Positions 9,340-19,329 of a DNA stretch of 64,000 nt are shown piece by piece (position 1 is the first letter of the stretch; each line of letters opens with the position of its first letter). A program made the position numbers and the translations under genes. The notes below the pieces were generated by a model that was not told where the DNA came from, ran no database searches, and saw only the letters and a program-made list of their open reading frames with translations. This DNA is from Escherichia phage vB_EcoS_HZ_ZJUN2, in the sequence record PP216084. One strand, given 5' to 3'.

Positions 9340-11174
9340 TCTAAGTAGGAGAATCCTTCTGCATCTTTTTTGACAGTAATCTTATGAGCCAGTGGGTGAG
9401 AATGCCCATGAGAAACAATGATAGAATTTAGACTTTCTTCCTCATTTAATAGTTCAACAAGGGTGTCAAGTCCTTTAGTATCAATAAAGCTAATTACTTC
9501 ATCGAGGAATAGAAGATTAATATTAACTTTACTAATAGATGTTAGTAGCATTCGAATAGCTAACAGTGTTGCTAGGTTGATTCTACTTTGCTGACCAGTA
9601 GAGCAGTTCTCCATACTGGTACGATTTCCATCATTGAAGATTACTACTTGTAATTTTGTTTCATCAAGTTCAAATCCAAGTGCGAACTTACCCCCAGTCA
9701 TAATGGAAAGGTATTTATTAATTAGTTCTTCAAATACTTTCACACTATGCTCTAGCTTATATCCTACCAGATTTTTCAATGCGGCGATTAGAATATCGAG
9801 ATCAGCAACAGCCTCTGATACCTCATCCAGTTTGGAAGTAATCTCAGACATTTCTGCCTCAGCTTTCTCAATCTGTTCTAGTTTCGCCCTATATTTTGCA
9901 TTGGCTAACTCGACATTTGCATTATGCTCTTTGGCAATTGCAACCTTAGAACGGCCATCAGCGATTTCCTGTTCTAATTGTCGGATTTGCACCTGTAGGT
10001 TTTGCACATTGAGTTCTTCAAAAGAAGCATCACTCATTGAATTTTTGAACTCGTCTCTAGCTACCACTGCTTTATCCAAAGCATCCTTTGCTCTAGTATA
10101 CGCAACGTACTCAAGTTGTTCTTTCTTCAACTGTTCTAACTTAGCTTCAAGAGATTGCTTCTCTTTGAACAGAGGATCATATTCTGTTCTAGCCATATTC
10201 ATTGCTTTTTGAGCAGCAGTTGTATCCAGATGAGTACCACAAGTAGGACATTCAGTATTTGCAGCCTCTTGCTTGAACTTCTGATAACGTTTCTTAACTT
10301 CGCTCGCACGTGAGGTCACAATCGTTAGGTCACGCGTAACACTCGAGATCTCTTCATTTTGGTCGGTGGGCGCAGGCAAATTTTTGAAAGGCTCGAAAGA
10401 TTGTTCGGCAACTTGTACAGCTTTGTCCAAATTACGCAATTTAGTAATATTAGCCTCTTGAGACTTGGCTAATGCCGCCTTAATTTTCGATTCAGTAAGT
10501 TCTTGTGCTAATGGCTCTTCATCAAACTCCGGTACTTCTACAGGTTCCTGCAAAGTTCCCAGATTATTCTTTCCATTAAGGATTTTCGTAATTACAGCCA
10601 TTTGGCCCTGCAAATTATTTAAGGTATTTGCTATTTCTTTACGGTCAGCCTTAATAGTTTCTGACATTTCTTTATACTGTTCTTGATTGAACAAGTTAAC
10701 AAGAAAAGCCTTACGTGTTGCATCTGTTGCTTTTAGAAAGTCTAGATTGGAACCCACTGATTGATAAATCAGTTTGGTGAATGTTTGGAAGTCACCACCC
10801 ATAATCTCTTCAATCATCTTGTATGTTTGAGTTGCCGTGTGGCCACTAATATCTTCTCCATTCTTAATAAGAGTTACTTTAGCAGTTGATTTAACTACTT
10901 TATGCAATTCATACTCATCTTCATCTTTTGAGAAGTAAGCGTGCATATCATACTCTTTTTTCGGAGAAGACCAGGAGAACAGAGCGTCCTTCTTAATACC
11001 GCGTGAGTTCTTATTATAAAATAGTTCTTCAATAACAGTGGCGATGGTGGATTTTCCTAATCCATTGCCACCAATTAGCTGAGTAACTGGATTCTTATCG
11101 AAATGAATTACGATGTCCTTACCGTAAGACATAACGTTACTAAATTTTAGTGTCTTAATTGTAATCTTTGACAT
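9336..11174 (-). CDS. SbcC/Rad50-like recombination ATPase (D13-like)
   Basis: Walker A GGNGLGKST, long central coiled coil with CPTCG zinc hook, C-terminal LLFLDEVISFID; start placed at the MSKITIK ATG (11174); the longer track ORF overlaps the upstream gene by about 100 nt. Confidence 0.8.
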   Translation of the reverse strand: MSKITIKTLKFSNVMSYGKDIVIHFDKNPVTQLIGGNGLGKSTIATVIEELFYNKNSRGIKKDALFSWSSPKKEYDMHAYFSKDEDEYELHKVVKSTAKVTLIKNGEDISGHTATQTYKMIEEIMGGDFQTFTKLIYQSVGSNLDFLKATDATRKAFLVNLFNQEQYKEMSETIKADRKEIANTLNNLQGQMAVITKILNGKNNLGTLQEPVEVPEFDEEPLAQELTESKIKAALAKSQEANITKLRNLDKAVQVAEQSFEPFKNLPAPTDQNEEISSVTRDLTIVTSRASEVKKRYQKFKQEAANTECPTCGTHLDTTAAQKAMNMARTEYDPLFKEKQSLEAKLEQLKKEQLEYVAYTRAKDALDKAVVARDEFKNSMSDASFEELNVQNLQVQIRQLEQEIADGRSKVAIAKEHNANVELANAKYRAKLEQIEKAEAEMSEITSKLDEVSEAVADLDILIAALKNLVGYKLEHSVKVFEELINKYLSIMTGGKFALGFELDETKLQVVIFNDGNRTSMENCSTGQQSRINLATLLAIRMLLTSISKVNINLLFLDEVISFIDTKGLDTLVELLNEEESLNSIIVSHGHSHPLAHKITVKKDAEGFSYLE

Positions 11175-12132
11175 ATTTCGCAGCTCTAGCCAAGATTCTA
11201 TCAATGTCGCCTTGAGATAGCTTCTCGACTTCACGGAAGTAAAGTTCAAGTTCACCTAACATATCAAGATCAACAAGATTTAACTTAGCGTCTTTAGTAA
11301 CTCGATGGTTAATCTTCTTATCTAATAAATCAGAGTCTTTGATAGACTTTAGTTGAACAACGTCGCCAGTAACTTCATAGACTACACGATCATAATCACT
11401 AGGTTCCATCTCTTCACCAGCTCCGATTGTTTTACGAATCAGTTGTGGTAAATCCCCTAGTTCAATCCATTCTACTTTTAATGTGTCGGTATCAACGATA
11501 AAGCAACCATTTGTACCTTTTGTGCGTTCTCTATGGAACGTTGTAGTTAATGGAGAACCTGGGTAGAGAAGTCTAGTAGATCCGATAGTCTGGCTATTAG
11601 TATAAGAATGTAAATCGCCAGCAATTACAGTATCATAACAGTTGTACTTAGTTAGATCAATTTCTGGTTTTACATGTGGAGGGATTTCACCACGAACATG
11701 CGTGAAACATAGTTTTGATTCAGCAGGTTTCCATTTGGATTTATGGATCTCATCATACGGAACAATATCAAATTCAGGGGAACGATATGGTTTGGTAATT
11801 ACTTCCCACTTACCACTCGTTACCTTATTAATAACCCCCGCGTAATGATACAGACACGAAATGGTTTTAGTTATTAATTCATGATTACCTGTAAATACCA
11901 TTCCTATATGATCTAGTCTAGACATAAATTTTTCTAGAAGTTCTACTTCTTCCGACGACGGGTCGGAATGATCAAATAAATCACCGCCAATAATATGCAA
12001 ATCACAGTTATGATTATGGAATATATCATTTAACCGTTCTCCTAGCATCAGGAAGCGACGCTTCTGCCATTCTTTGGGTATCTTATCTTGGCCCAGCTTA
12101 ATATGATGATCAGCACTAAATAATATTCTCAT
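11155..12132 (-). CDS. SbcD/Mre11-like nuclease (D12-like)
   Basis: Calcineurin-like phosphoesterase motifs ADHH, GGDLFD, GNHE. Confidence 0.8.
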   Translation of the reverse strand: MRILFSADHHIKLGQDKIPKEWQKRRFLMLGERLNDIFHNHNCDLHIIGGDLFDHSDPSSEEVELLEKFMSRLDHIGMVFTGNHELITKTISCLYHYAGVINKVTSGKWEVITKPYRSPEFDIVPYDEIHKSKWKPAESKLCFTHVRGEIPPHVKPEIDLTKYNCYDTVIAGDLHSYTNSQTIGSTRLLYPGSPLTTTFHRERTKGTNGCFIVDTDTLKVEWIELGDLPQLIRKTIGAGEEMEPSDYDRVVYEVTGDVVQLKSIKDSDLLDKKINHRVTKDAKLNLVDLDMLGELELYFREVEKLSQGDIDRILARAAKYVKDYN

Positions 12133-12135
12133 AAG

Positions 12136-12162
12136 TTAAAAAGAAAGGGGCCGAAGCCCCTC
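12136..12162 (-). terminator. intrinsic terminator
   Basis: Stem AGGGGC/GCCCCT with CGAA loop, T-run on the minus strand. Confidence 0.6.
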
Positions 12163-12168
12163 TATTCA

Positions 12169-12942
12169 TTAGTCATCCAGATCGCTTGCAGCTTCTTGGT
12201 CAATACCTTTCTGGGAACCAGCATTGCTGTTACCAGATTTGGCATCATCATCTTTATTCTCACGACCTTCCATGAAGGCTTGAATTGCTTCTTTCTGCTC
12301 TTCATAGGTAGGAACCGGATAGGTTTGTTCCAGAGAAGGAACTTTCTCGAACTTAATGATGTCGCCATCTTCGTCACACATAGCTTCACCAATCAGATCT
12401 ACATCCGCAGCATATTGCTTAGATTCTGCACTGTTAGGATCTTGCAGCTTAATCTGGAACTGCATAGCAGCAATCTGCTGTACATCATACTCAGTATCGA
12501 AACCTTTGCCTTTTTTCTCGATAGAAATATCAATATCAAACGGAGTTGCCAGGTTCAACTGCTTCATGATAGACTGGATGCCTTTCAGAATAGTAGCCTT
12601 GACTTCCATTACTTTCAGTTTGTTATCAGAACGGTCAATAACAAAGGCGATATAGTTTTTCTTCGGTTTCAGCGGAACACGATTACCATCTTTATCCAGC
12701 TCTTTCTCGAAGAAGCCCATCTCATGAACCGGATCAGCTTTACCACGAACAAAGCTCTCTTTGTCACGGTTAAAACGGAGACATTCGAAAGGAGCTACGT
12801 TACCCTCTTTATTAGTCAGCCAATAGACATAACGTGGAAGAACACCAGAAACGATACGAACACGAGTGATGCCGTTGTTGAACTTCAGGAATTCGATTTT
12901 ATCGTTAGAACCGCCAGTAGTTTCGCCCCAAGACTTAGCCAT
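12169..12942 (-). CDS. hypothetical replication/recombination-region protein (D11-like by position), acidic C-terminal tail
   Basis: 257-aa ORF; acidic tail …EAASDLDD; no decisive motif recognised. Confidence 0.5.
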   Translation of the reverse strand: MAKSWGETTGGSNDKIEFLKFNNGITRVRIVSGVLPRYVYWLTNKEGNVAPFECLRFNRDKESFVRGKADPVHEMGFFEKELDKDGNRVPLKPKKNYIAFVIDRSDNKLKVMEVKATILKGIQSIMKQLNLATPFDIDISIEKKGKGFDTEYDVQQIAAMQFQIKLQDPNSAESKQYAADVDLIGEAMCDEDGDIIKFEKVPSLEQTYPVPTYEEQKEAIQAFMEGRENKDDDAKSGNSNAGSQKGIDQEAASDLDD

Positions 12943-13219
12943 ATTTTATTTCCTCTTTAAAGATTAATTTCGATTTGTTAATTGCGATTAGTGGGTTAGT
13001 GTCGATTACTAAACGTGGTATCCATACTGGAACATATTGCATGTCCAAGCTAGGATCGTTTGTAAACTTGTATTCGGCATAATTTCGTAGACTTAAAATT
13101 CCTAGATATTCTGCCAGTTGTCTATTAGACAATTTATTTGGATTATCAACTATTGTTGATTCATTCAAAATGAATGAGGAACCGACCAATAATTGGTGAG
13201 CATCAGGCTCTGTAAGCAT
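12935..13219 (-). CDS. hypothetical protein
   Basis: 94-aa ORF downstream of two tandem promoters. Confidence 0.45.
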   Translation of the reverse strand: MLTEPDAHQLLVGSSFILNESTIVDNPNKLSNRQLAEYLGILSLRNYAEYKFTNDPSLDMQYVPVWIPRLVIDTNPLIAINKSKLIFKEEIKYG

Positions 13220-13326
13220 TCTTTTGAATAGCTTAATAATTAGGTCGGAATTTCCTCTAGCTAGTAAGTATAGCTTTTCATAATCGAAGAATTTAATTTT
13301 TGTTTTCTCCTCGAATTTATGTATAT

Positions 13327-13356
13327 ATTATACTAGATTTCGAGAGAATTTAGCAA
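13327..13356 (-). promoter_or_regulatory. T5-type sigma70 promoter (minus strand), copy 2 of a tandem pair
   Basis: Reverse complement reads TTGCTA - 18 bp - TATAAT followed by ATATACATAAATT. Confidence 0.6.
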
Positions 13357-13427
13357 CTAAAATTTTTATTTTTCTGCTTCGGACTTTCTTATCAATCCGA
13401 AACTTTCTCTCTCAAATTTATGTATAT

Positions 13428-13456
13428 ATTATACATCATTTATGAGCTGTTGCCAA
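13428..13456 (-). promoter_or_regulatory. T5-type sigma70 promoter (minus strand), copy 1 of a tandem pair
   Basis: Reverse complement reads TTGGCA - 17 bp - TATAAT followed by ATATACATAAATTTGAGAGAG; overlaps the stop region of the helicase gene. Confidence 0.6.
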
Positions 13457-14792
13457 ATGCAATTTTAGCTAATTGAACTGCTTTCTCCGGAGTCATAGTA
13501 ATAGTTTTCCACCCGTTGTTACGATATACTGCCATACGTCCAGAAGCCTGTCTTAGTCCAGTGCCACCTTTCATAATTAGATCTACAACAATAGGGTCTA
13601 GTTTACCCTCGACAATACGTTGAACACGTCCTGCAAGCTGTTCAATGAGAGATTCATTATTAATGAGACTTCCCATTATTAAACAAGATAACTCATTAAG
13701 AGAAATACCTTCAGAGAAGATACTTTGAGCTGCTGCAAGTACACAAGGTCCACCTTTTGCTATATCTTCCTGAATTTTTAATCGGTCATCTAAGTGGGTT
13801 GCCCCTATAATTTCATATGTTGTAACACCACGCTGTGCAAGAGCTTCTAGTACTGTTTGGATTAACTCTGTTCTGTCACTTACAATGAGTACTTTATGCC
13901 CCATATTCACATATAAATGTGCTAGATTTATAATAGTCTCTCGATATTCAGGATGGTTGTACACATCATTAGCACGTAATGCCCAGGGTACGTTTTGGTT
14001 TCCTGATAACTCAACAGGTACGGAGTACCTATGGATTGTAGGTGCAACAGTATTATTAACCGGTGGGCTAAAGATCTTATATCCAAAGAAATCTTTGAAC
14101 ATAACTTGTAGACCATCTTTACGTTTTAATGTTCCAGATAGTCCAATCTTATAGCGAGCACATGATATTTCTAGGAAGTTAGTGAAAGTTGTGGCCACAC
14201 AATGGTGAACTTCATCAACTATAACAGTACCGAATACTTTAGACAGATTATTCGCATGTTTATTCACTGTTTGAATATTACTGACCACAATTGGTGGATC
14301 AATATTGTATTTCCCAGAACCTATGATACCCGGTTCAAACCCAAACCATTTACGAACTTCTGCCGCCCACATTTCACGAATAGATGTGTTGGTACAAATT
14401 ACCAAAGTTTTCTGGCCAAATTTATACGCAAGTGCAAGGGCTAGGATAGTTTTACCAAATCCAGGCTTACCATTAATAATACAGGTATCATCGCATTCTT
14501 CGTATATTGGAAGCTGATCTTCTTCACGCAGCTTGAACTTAGGTTTTGGTATATCTACCGGAGCTAATGTGCGTTTATCAACTAATTCATATTTTACTCC
14601 TTTAACATCTAGTAAATCCAGACGCGTGATAGGAATCCACTTAATCTCTTTAGCAACAACACCACTATTCTTATACATAATAGGGTATTTACTAGTCATT
14701 GTCTCTATGTGATAAGTGGTTTGCTTACTACAATAATCCCAAAGTTCATCATCGGGCTTGAAATATGCTTTATTAGATATAACAACCTTCAT
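13440..14792 (-). CDS. SF2 (DExH-box) DNA helicase (D10-like)
   Basis: Walker A GKPGFGKT, DExH box VIVDEVHH. Confidence 0.8.
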   Translation of the reverse strand: MKVVISNKAYFKPDDELWDYCSKQTTYHIETMTSKYPIMYKNSGVVAKEIKWIPITRLDLLDVKGVKYELVDKRTLAPVDIPKPKFKLREEDQLPIYEECDDTCIINGKPGFGKTILALALAYKFGQKTLVICTNTSIREMWAAEVRKWFGFEPGIIGSGKYNIDPPIVVSNIQTVNKHANNLSKVFGTVIVDEVHHCVATTFTNFLEISCARYKIGLSGTLKRKDGLQVMFKDFFGYKIFSPPVNNTVAPTIHRYSVPVELSGNQNVPWALRANDVYNHPEYRETIINLAHLYVNMGHKVLIVSDRTELIQTVLEALAQRGVTTYEIIGATHLDDRLKIQEDIAKGGPCVLAAAQSIFSEGISLNELSCLIMGSLINNESLIEQLAGRVQRIVEGKLDPIVVDLIMKGGTGLRQASGRMAVYRNNGWKTITMTPEKAVQLAKIAFGNSS

Positions 14793-15286
14793 AATTTTAT
14801 TCTAAGTCTAGGAATTTCAGGCTCCTCTTGATGGACTTGATAAATAACAGGGCTATTATTTACCAGAATATAGCTTATATAAGCTGGAACATAGGATAAT
14901 ACAAATGGATATGGAACTTTAGCTACATAGCATTGGTATTTTCCGTTATAAATTCTAGCTGAATGCAAAACTTTAGAGGTGACAACATCATAGAACGTAG
15001 TTTTCTTCCAGTTAATAAGATTTCCATCAGAATCTATAAATTGGCTACGCTTTGACCCAACTAATTGAGACAACATTGATATTCTACCCCTAATAGGATA
15101 GAGCTTGTATGGTAATTCTTTCCGTTTCTCAAATAGAATAAGTCTACGTTGAGAAAAAGTGCCAGGCAACTTCCTGTTATCTAGCACATATTTATTATAC
15201 CTTGTTGTAATTACGGAATAATCACCTTCTTGCTCAATTGATACAAACGCCCGTAAAGCATATACGGGCAATTTGAAATCAAGCAC
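14789..15286 (-). CDS. hypothetical protein
   Basis: 165-aa ORF, translationally coupled between polymerase and helicase. Confidence 0.5.
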   Translation of the reverse strand: MLDFKLPVYALRAFVSIEQEGDYSVITTRYNKYVLDNRKLPGTFSQRRLILFEKRKELPYKLYPIRGRISMLSQLVGSKRSQFIDSDGNLINWKKTTFYDVVTSKVLHSARIYNGKYQCYVAKVPYPFVLSYVPAYISYILVNNSPVIYQVHQEEPEIPRLRIKL

Positions 15287-17846
15287 CGAGAATCCTTCTC
15301 ACGTTATCCAAATCTTTACATACAGCAATAAACTTATCATCCTTGTATTTGCTATGATCTGGATGCTCTTTATCCATTGCAGCTAGTTTCTTATACTCGA
15401 ACTCTGCATCAAGTAATACACCCTTGACATAACGAGTATATTCATCATCATCAATACAAGCGATTGATGGATGCTGCTTCTTCATCTTACCACAAGAGTA
15501 GTCACGAGAACCTCCAGCTTCAGAATCAGAATCAATACCAATCGGACAACCAGGAATACTGATACCACGATCTTTCTGAATATTACGAATCAGGATTTCA
15601 TTGTATTGATCGATCAAATCCTCACGAACAATAGCAACTACGGAGTCATGAACCAGCATAACAATCTTCATCTCTTGTTCTAGACCAAGAGAAATGATCT
15701 CATTATCTGCATCTACAGCACCTAAAAGGAGACTATCAGAAGAAGCAGACTGAATGATTGCGTTAAATCCAGAACGGATTTCTTCACCCTGAACACCACG
15801 GTCTTCGGAGTGGATATTATGCAGACGACGTTTACGACCAAAGTGACTATAGATAAATCCATGATTCTTGATCTGATCGTGGCACTTATCAATCCAACGC
15901 TTAAGCTGTGGGAACTGACCGAAGTAAGTTTCAATGTACTCTTTAGCATCTGCAACAGTACATTCTACAAACGGTTCGCCTGTCTTAGCAGCTTGTTCCA
16001 AAAGAGCCTCATTAACAGAATGAGCTACTTTAGCCGGGCCAGAACCATACAAAATACCAAAGGTGATTGCTTTAGCTGCTTGACGCAGGGCTGGGAATAA
16101 CTTTTTAACATCACGAGGTTCGCATTGGAGCTTAAATACCATGTGTGCGATGTTAGAGTGGAAGTCAGGGTATTTATCTGGTTCATTTCTCATGTTGATA
16201 AATACTTGTTGCATATTTCTATCACCAGATAGAACAGCAGCATAATAAACTTCCGCAGTTGTTAAGTCCCATGCAATTACACGATACCCAGGAGGAGCTA
16301 CTACACAACCCTTGATAATAGATTCATCACGAGGTAACTGTTGCAGGTTCAGTTTACCAGAAGAACTCAGGCGACCAGAAGTAGTCATATGCTCATGGAA
16401 GCCAGTACGAATGCAACCATCAGCATCAATGCTCAGAAGAATCTTCTCAACGTAAGTAGAGATCAGCTTAGTCAGCTTACGAATCTCTAGTAGGGTCTTA
16501 GCAATTGGATGTTGCGTAGACAATTCGTTCAGAGCTTCTGCATCTGTAGAGTCTGCTCCAGTATCAGTCAATTTACCTGTTGGAGTTAAGCCAACATAAT
16601 CAAACAGAAGAACACGGAGTTGTTTAACAGAGTTTGGGTTAAACGCTTCGTTCTGATCTTTCTCTAGCTGAACGACTTCTGGATAAGTATACAGCTTTTC
16701 ACGAGCTTTATTCAGATTATGAGTTAACTGGTACTGTGCTTCTTTCAAGCGATCAATAGAAATTGGTACACCACGATCCTCAACACGCTGGAGAAATACA
16801 CAACCAGGCATTAGAACATCGTAATATAGACTGCAAAGTTTTTCATTCTTCTCAATTTTTGGTAAGAAGAAATTGTGCAAACGTAGGGTGGCATCAGTAT
16901 CTTTCGCAGCGTAAGGCCACATAATATCAAACGGAATTAAATCATAGGTGAAATCTTCTTTCTTGATTTTATGTGCTTTGCAGTAATCCTCCTTGAACTT
17001 ATCTAGTTCAAAGTCATAGTCACCCATATCGGTATACTTCATTGCTAGAGATTTCAAGCCATGAGTACCACGACGCTCATCTAGAGCATAATGCTGCAAC
17101 ATTGTATCATGGAGCCTGCGTTCTTTATGTGCTTTATCAAAAGCAAGTCCCAGATGGTACTTATAAAAGTGCATATCAAACTTCAAGTTGTGAAAAACAA
17201 TAGTGTGGTTTTCACTATCCAGAATTTTCTGGAGATAATATACTGCAACCTCTGTGAGACAATCAGAATCGATATACACACCCTGATACTCTTGGTGAGA
17301 CATAGAAACACCAAGCAGATAACCATCTCGACAGTATAGTGCTGAGGTTTCGGAGTCGAATGCGACAGGTCCGATAACCATATTATACACCATCTTGATA
17401 TATTCTTCCGCCTCGTCAGGGTCAGTAATAGGACGGTAATCACCAGCTTTTGCAATCTTCTCACGACCATTGATAATATCGTGGATATTTTCTACTGTTG
17501 CATCGAAAACTGGTTTCATTTCAGGCTTAAAGTGTAACTGGGCTGGGCTGATACTCGCAATCCAGTTAGCATATCCATTATACTCTACACGTTTACCAGT
17601 ATAGTCACCAATGCCTTTCTTACCTGCGAAATACAGGAAAGGTTCAGCACCTACTAGTATAACAAAATCGTAATCATTCGGATCAAATGGGTTTTCTGGT
17701 GTTCCAATAGTAATGTGCTTTTTAAGCAAACGACCGGATAACCTCTCGTTACACATATGGAATACATCAACTTCCTCGCCGTATAGCTGGAAATGTTTAT
17801 CGTAACGAGTGTTATTTAGAGCTTTATCAACTACTGCGATTTTCAA
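15279..17846 (-). CDS. family A DNA polymerase with 3'-5' proofreading exonuclease
   Basis: 855 aa; exonuclease motif VAFDSETSALY; polymerase motif B KAITFGILYGSG; motif C LVHDSVV. Confidence 0.9.
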   Translation of the reverse strand: MKIAVVDKALNNTRYDKHFQLYGEEVDVFHMCNERLSGRLLKKHITIGTPENPFDPNDYDFVILVGAEPFLYFAGKKGIGDYTGKRVEYNGYANWIASISPAQLHFKPEMKPVFDATVENIHDIINGREKIAKAGDYRPITDPDEAEEYIKMVYNMVIGPVAFDSETSALYCRDGYLLGVSMSHQEYQGVYIDSDCLTEVAVYYLQKILDSENHTIVFHNLKFDMHFYKYHLGLAFDKAHKERRLHDTMLQHYALDERRGTHGLKSLAMKYTDMGDYDFELDKFKEDYCKAHKIKKEDFTYDLIPFDIMWPYAAKDTDATLRLHNFFLPKIEKNEKLCSLYYDVLMPGCVFLQRVEDRGVPISIDRLKEAQYQLTHNLNKAREKLYTYPEVVQLEKDQNEAFNPNSVKQLRVLLFDYVGLTPTGKLTDTGADSTDAEALNELSTQHPIAKTLLEIRKLTKLISTYVEKILLSIDADGCIRTGFHEHMTTSGRLSSSGKLNLQQLPRDESIIKGCVVAPPGYRVIAWDLTTAEVYYAAVLSGDRNMQQVFINMRNEPDKYPDFHSNIAHMVFKLQCEPRDVKKLFPALRQAAKAITFGILYGSGPAKVAHSVNEALLEQAAKTGEPFVECTVADAKEYIETYFGQFPQLKRWIDKCHDQIKNHGFIYSHFGRKRRLHNIHSEDRGVQGEEIRSGFNAIIQSASSDSLLLGAVDADNEIISLGLEQEMKIVMLVHDSVVAIVREDLIDQYNEILIRNIQKDRGISIPGCPIGIDSDSEAGGSRDYSCGKMKKQHPSIACIDDDEYTRYVKGVLLDAEFEYKKLAAMDKEHPDHSKYKDDKFIAVCKDLDNVRRILGA

Positions 17847-17907
17847 ATTTAATCTCCTCTTGGTAAGTAAGTATAACTTCAGTGTTTCTTCTCTAACTTA
17901 CCAATAT

Positions 17908-17937
17908 ATTATACCAAATCTTTAAGCGATTCAGCAA
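17908..17937 (-). promoter_or_regulatory. sigma70-like promoter upstream of the polymerase gene (minus strand)
   Basis: Reverse complement TTGCTG - 18 bp - TATAAT. Confidence 0.45.
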
Positions 17938-18799
17938 CTAAAATTTCAATACGTTTTGCTAACATATCAATTTCATCTTTGTTTAAATCACCAGGATCTT
18001 TGCCTTCGGGCAGAAGAAAGTTAGCAACTACAGGTGTTAAACGCGTTTTTGTACGAATTAGCTTGGCCAACGCTTGTGCAGCTTTATTACCCGAAGCATC
18101 ATTATCTAGTAAGATAACAACAACTTTTACACCAGCAATAATATAAGGACTGAACTTATCTGCAATGTTATCTGAAGTGAACTGATGTGTACCAAAGCAG
18201 CAAGAAGCATAGTCTATACCGTTATCCTCTAGGTTCAGCATATCAAAGATACCTTCAACTAGAATAAGAACTGGAGTATTATATCGTACAGGGAAAATCG
18301 GTGGTGAAACTTGTTTTGGTTTTACTAAGTATTTAGGAGGGGCAGAACTGTTTATAGAACGACCCAAAAATAGGATATTGCGTCCAACAGCATCTGTGAT
18401 TGGGAATACAATTCTGCCTTCCCAGTCTGCTTGATGTTGGAAAGCAAAATATTTCTTCAAGGTCTTAGAACTTATACCTCGGAAATCACCTTCGAAAAGG
18501 TAAGCAGATTCAGGAATTGCAAGATTCGTTGATCCATTCCTAATCTCTGAAATCTTTTTACGTACCTGTGATAGTCTTGGAGACTGTCGGTACTGAGTCT
18601 CATTAAAATAATGGTAAATGCTCGGTATACCTTTACCGAAGCCACAACTCAAGCAGTGCATAATACCTGTTTCAGGATCAATACGCAAACTTGGGTGTTT
18701 ATCGTCATGATCTGGATTGAGACAACATATAAGAATATCACCACCTGTATCTTTATACTCAATGCCTTTCAGATCAAGTAGTTCTGTTATTCTACTCAT
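17909..18799 (-). CDS. DnaG-like DNA primase (zinc-binding domain + Toprim)
   Basis: CCLNPDHDDKHPS…HCLSCG zinc motif; Toprim LVEGIFDMLNLEDNG and LLDNDASGNKAA. Confidence 0.75.
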   Translation of the reverse strand: MSRITELLDLKGIEYKDTGGDILICCLNPDHDDKHPSLRIDPETGIMHCLSCGFGKGIPSIYHYFNETQYRQSPRLSQVRKKISEIRNGSTNLAIPESAYLFEGDFRGISSKTLKKYFAFQHQADWEGRIVFPITDAVGRNILFLGRSINSSAPPKYLVKPKQVSPPIFPVRYNTPVLILVEGIFDMLNLEDNGIDYASCCFGTHQFTSDNIADKFSPYIIAGVKVVVILLDNDASGNKAAQALAKLIRTKTRLTPVVANFLLPEGKDPGDLNKDEIDMLAKRIEILVAESLKDLV

Positions 18800-19329
18800 G
18801 AGTTTAGCTCCTCTAGTGCAGGATAATTAGATATATCAAAAATCTCTATAACAGCACGTTCTCCATGTAGATTAGTTCTCAGTATATTTGCTGAGTTTAC
18901 AGCTAATTCTAACTCTTCATACTTAAATCTGCCACCATTTTTAAGGTTGCCATTAGAGTCTCTTACCTGTACCCTCCATTTTTGTTTTTCAATATCCCAA
19001 GCAACTCCTAAGTACCCAGATTTACTACATGCTGTTTTATTTCTACTATTTTCCTGGGCTGTAGCATCTCTTAGATTACACCACCTATTATCAAAGGGTA
19101 TTCTGTTTACATGGTCTACTTTTTCAGGCAGTGTATTCTCCATAAATAGAAAAGCCATACGATGAGCTTTGTAATCCTTTCCATCTATGCCAATAATTAT
19201 ATAGTCATTAGAGTCTTTTCTAGTTACTATACTCCCAGCTTTCTGATTGCCTCTAGATACTTTTCTAGTAAACTCCCCAGTTTCTGGGGAGTAATCAAAT
19301 AACTCTTTTAGCCTTTCCTGTGTTATCAT
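18796..19329 (-). CDS. HNH homing endonuclease with AP2-like domain
   Basis: VDHVNRIPFDNRWCNLR HNH motif; GYLGVAW…GRF…ELA AP2-like segment. Confidence 0.7.
   Translation of the reverse strand: MITQERLKELFDYSPETGEFTRKVSRGNQKAGSIVTRKDSNDYIIIGIDGKDYKAHRMAFLFMENTLPEKVDHVNRIPFDNRWCNLRDATAQENSRNKTACSKSGYLGVAWDIEKQKWRVQVRDSNGNLKNGGRFKYEELELAVNSANILRTNLHGERAVIEIFDISNYPALEELNS

Noticed and set aside
9634-10212. 192-aa plus-strand ORF (Ser/Cys-rich) opposite the SbcC-like gene
   Set aside because: Antisense to a gene with clear Walker/zinc-hook motifs; low-complexity composition; no promoter or RBS
12196-12960. 254-aa plus-strand ORF opposite the D11-like gene
   Set aside because: Runs against the polarity of the minus-strand replication block; hydrophobic low-complexity translation
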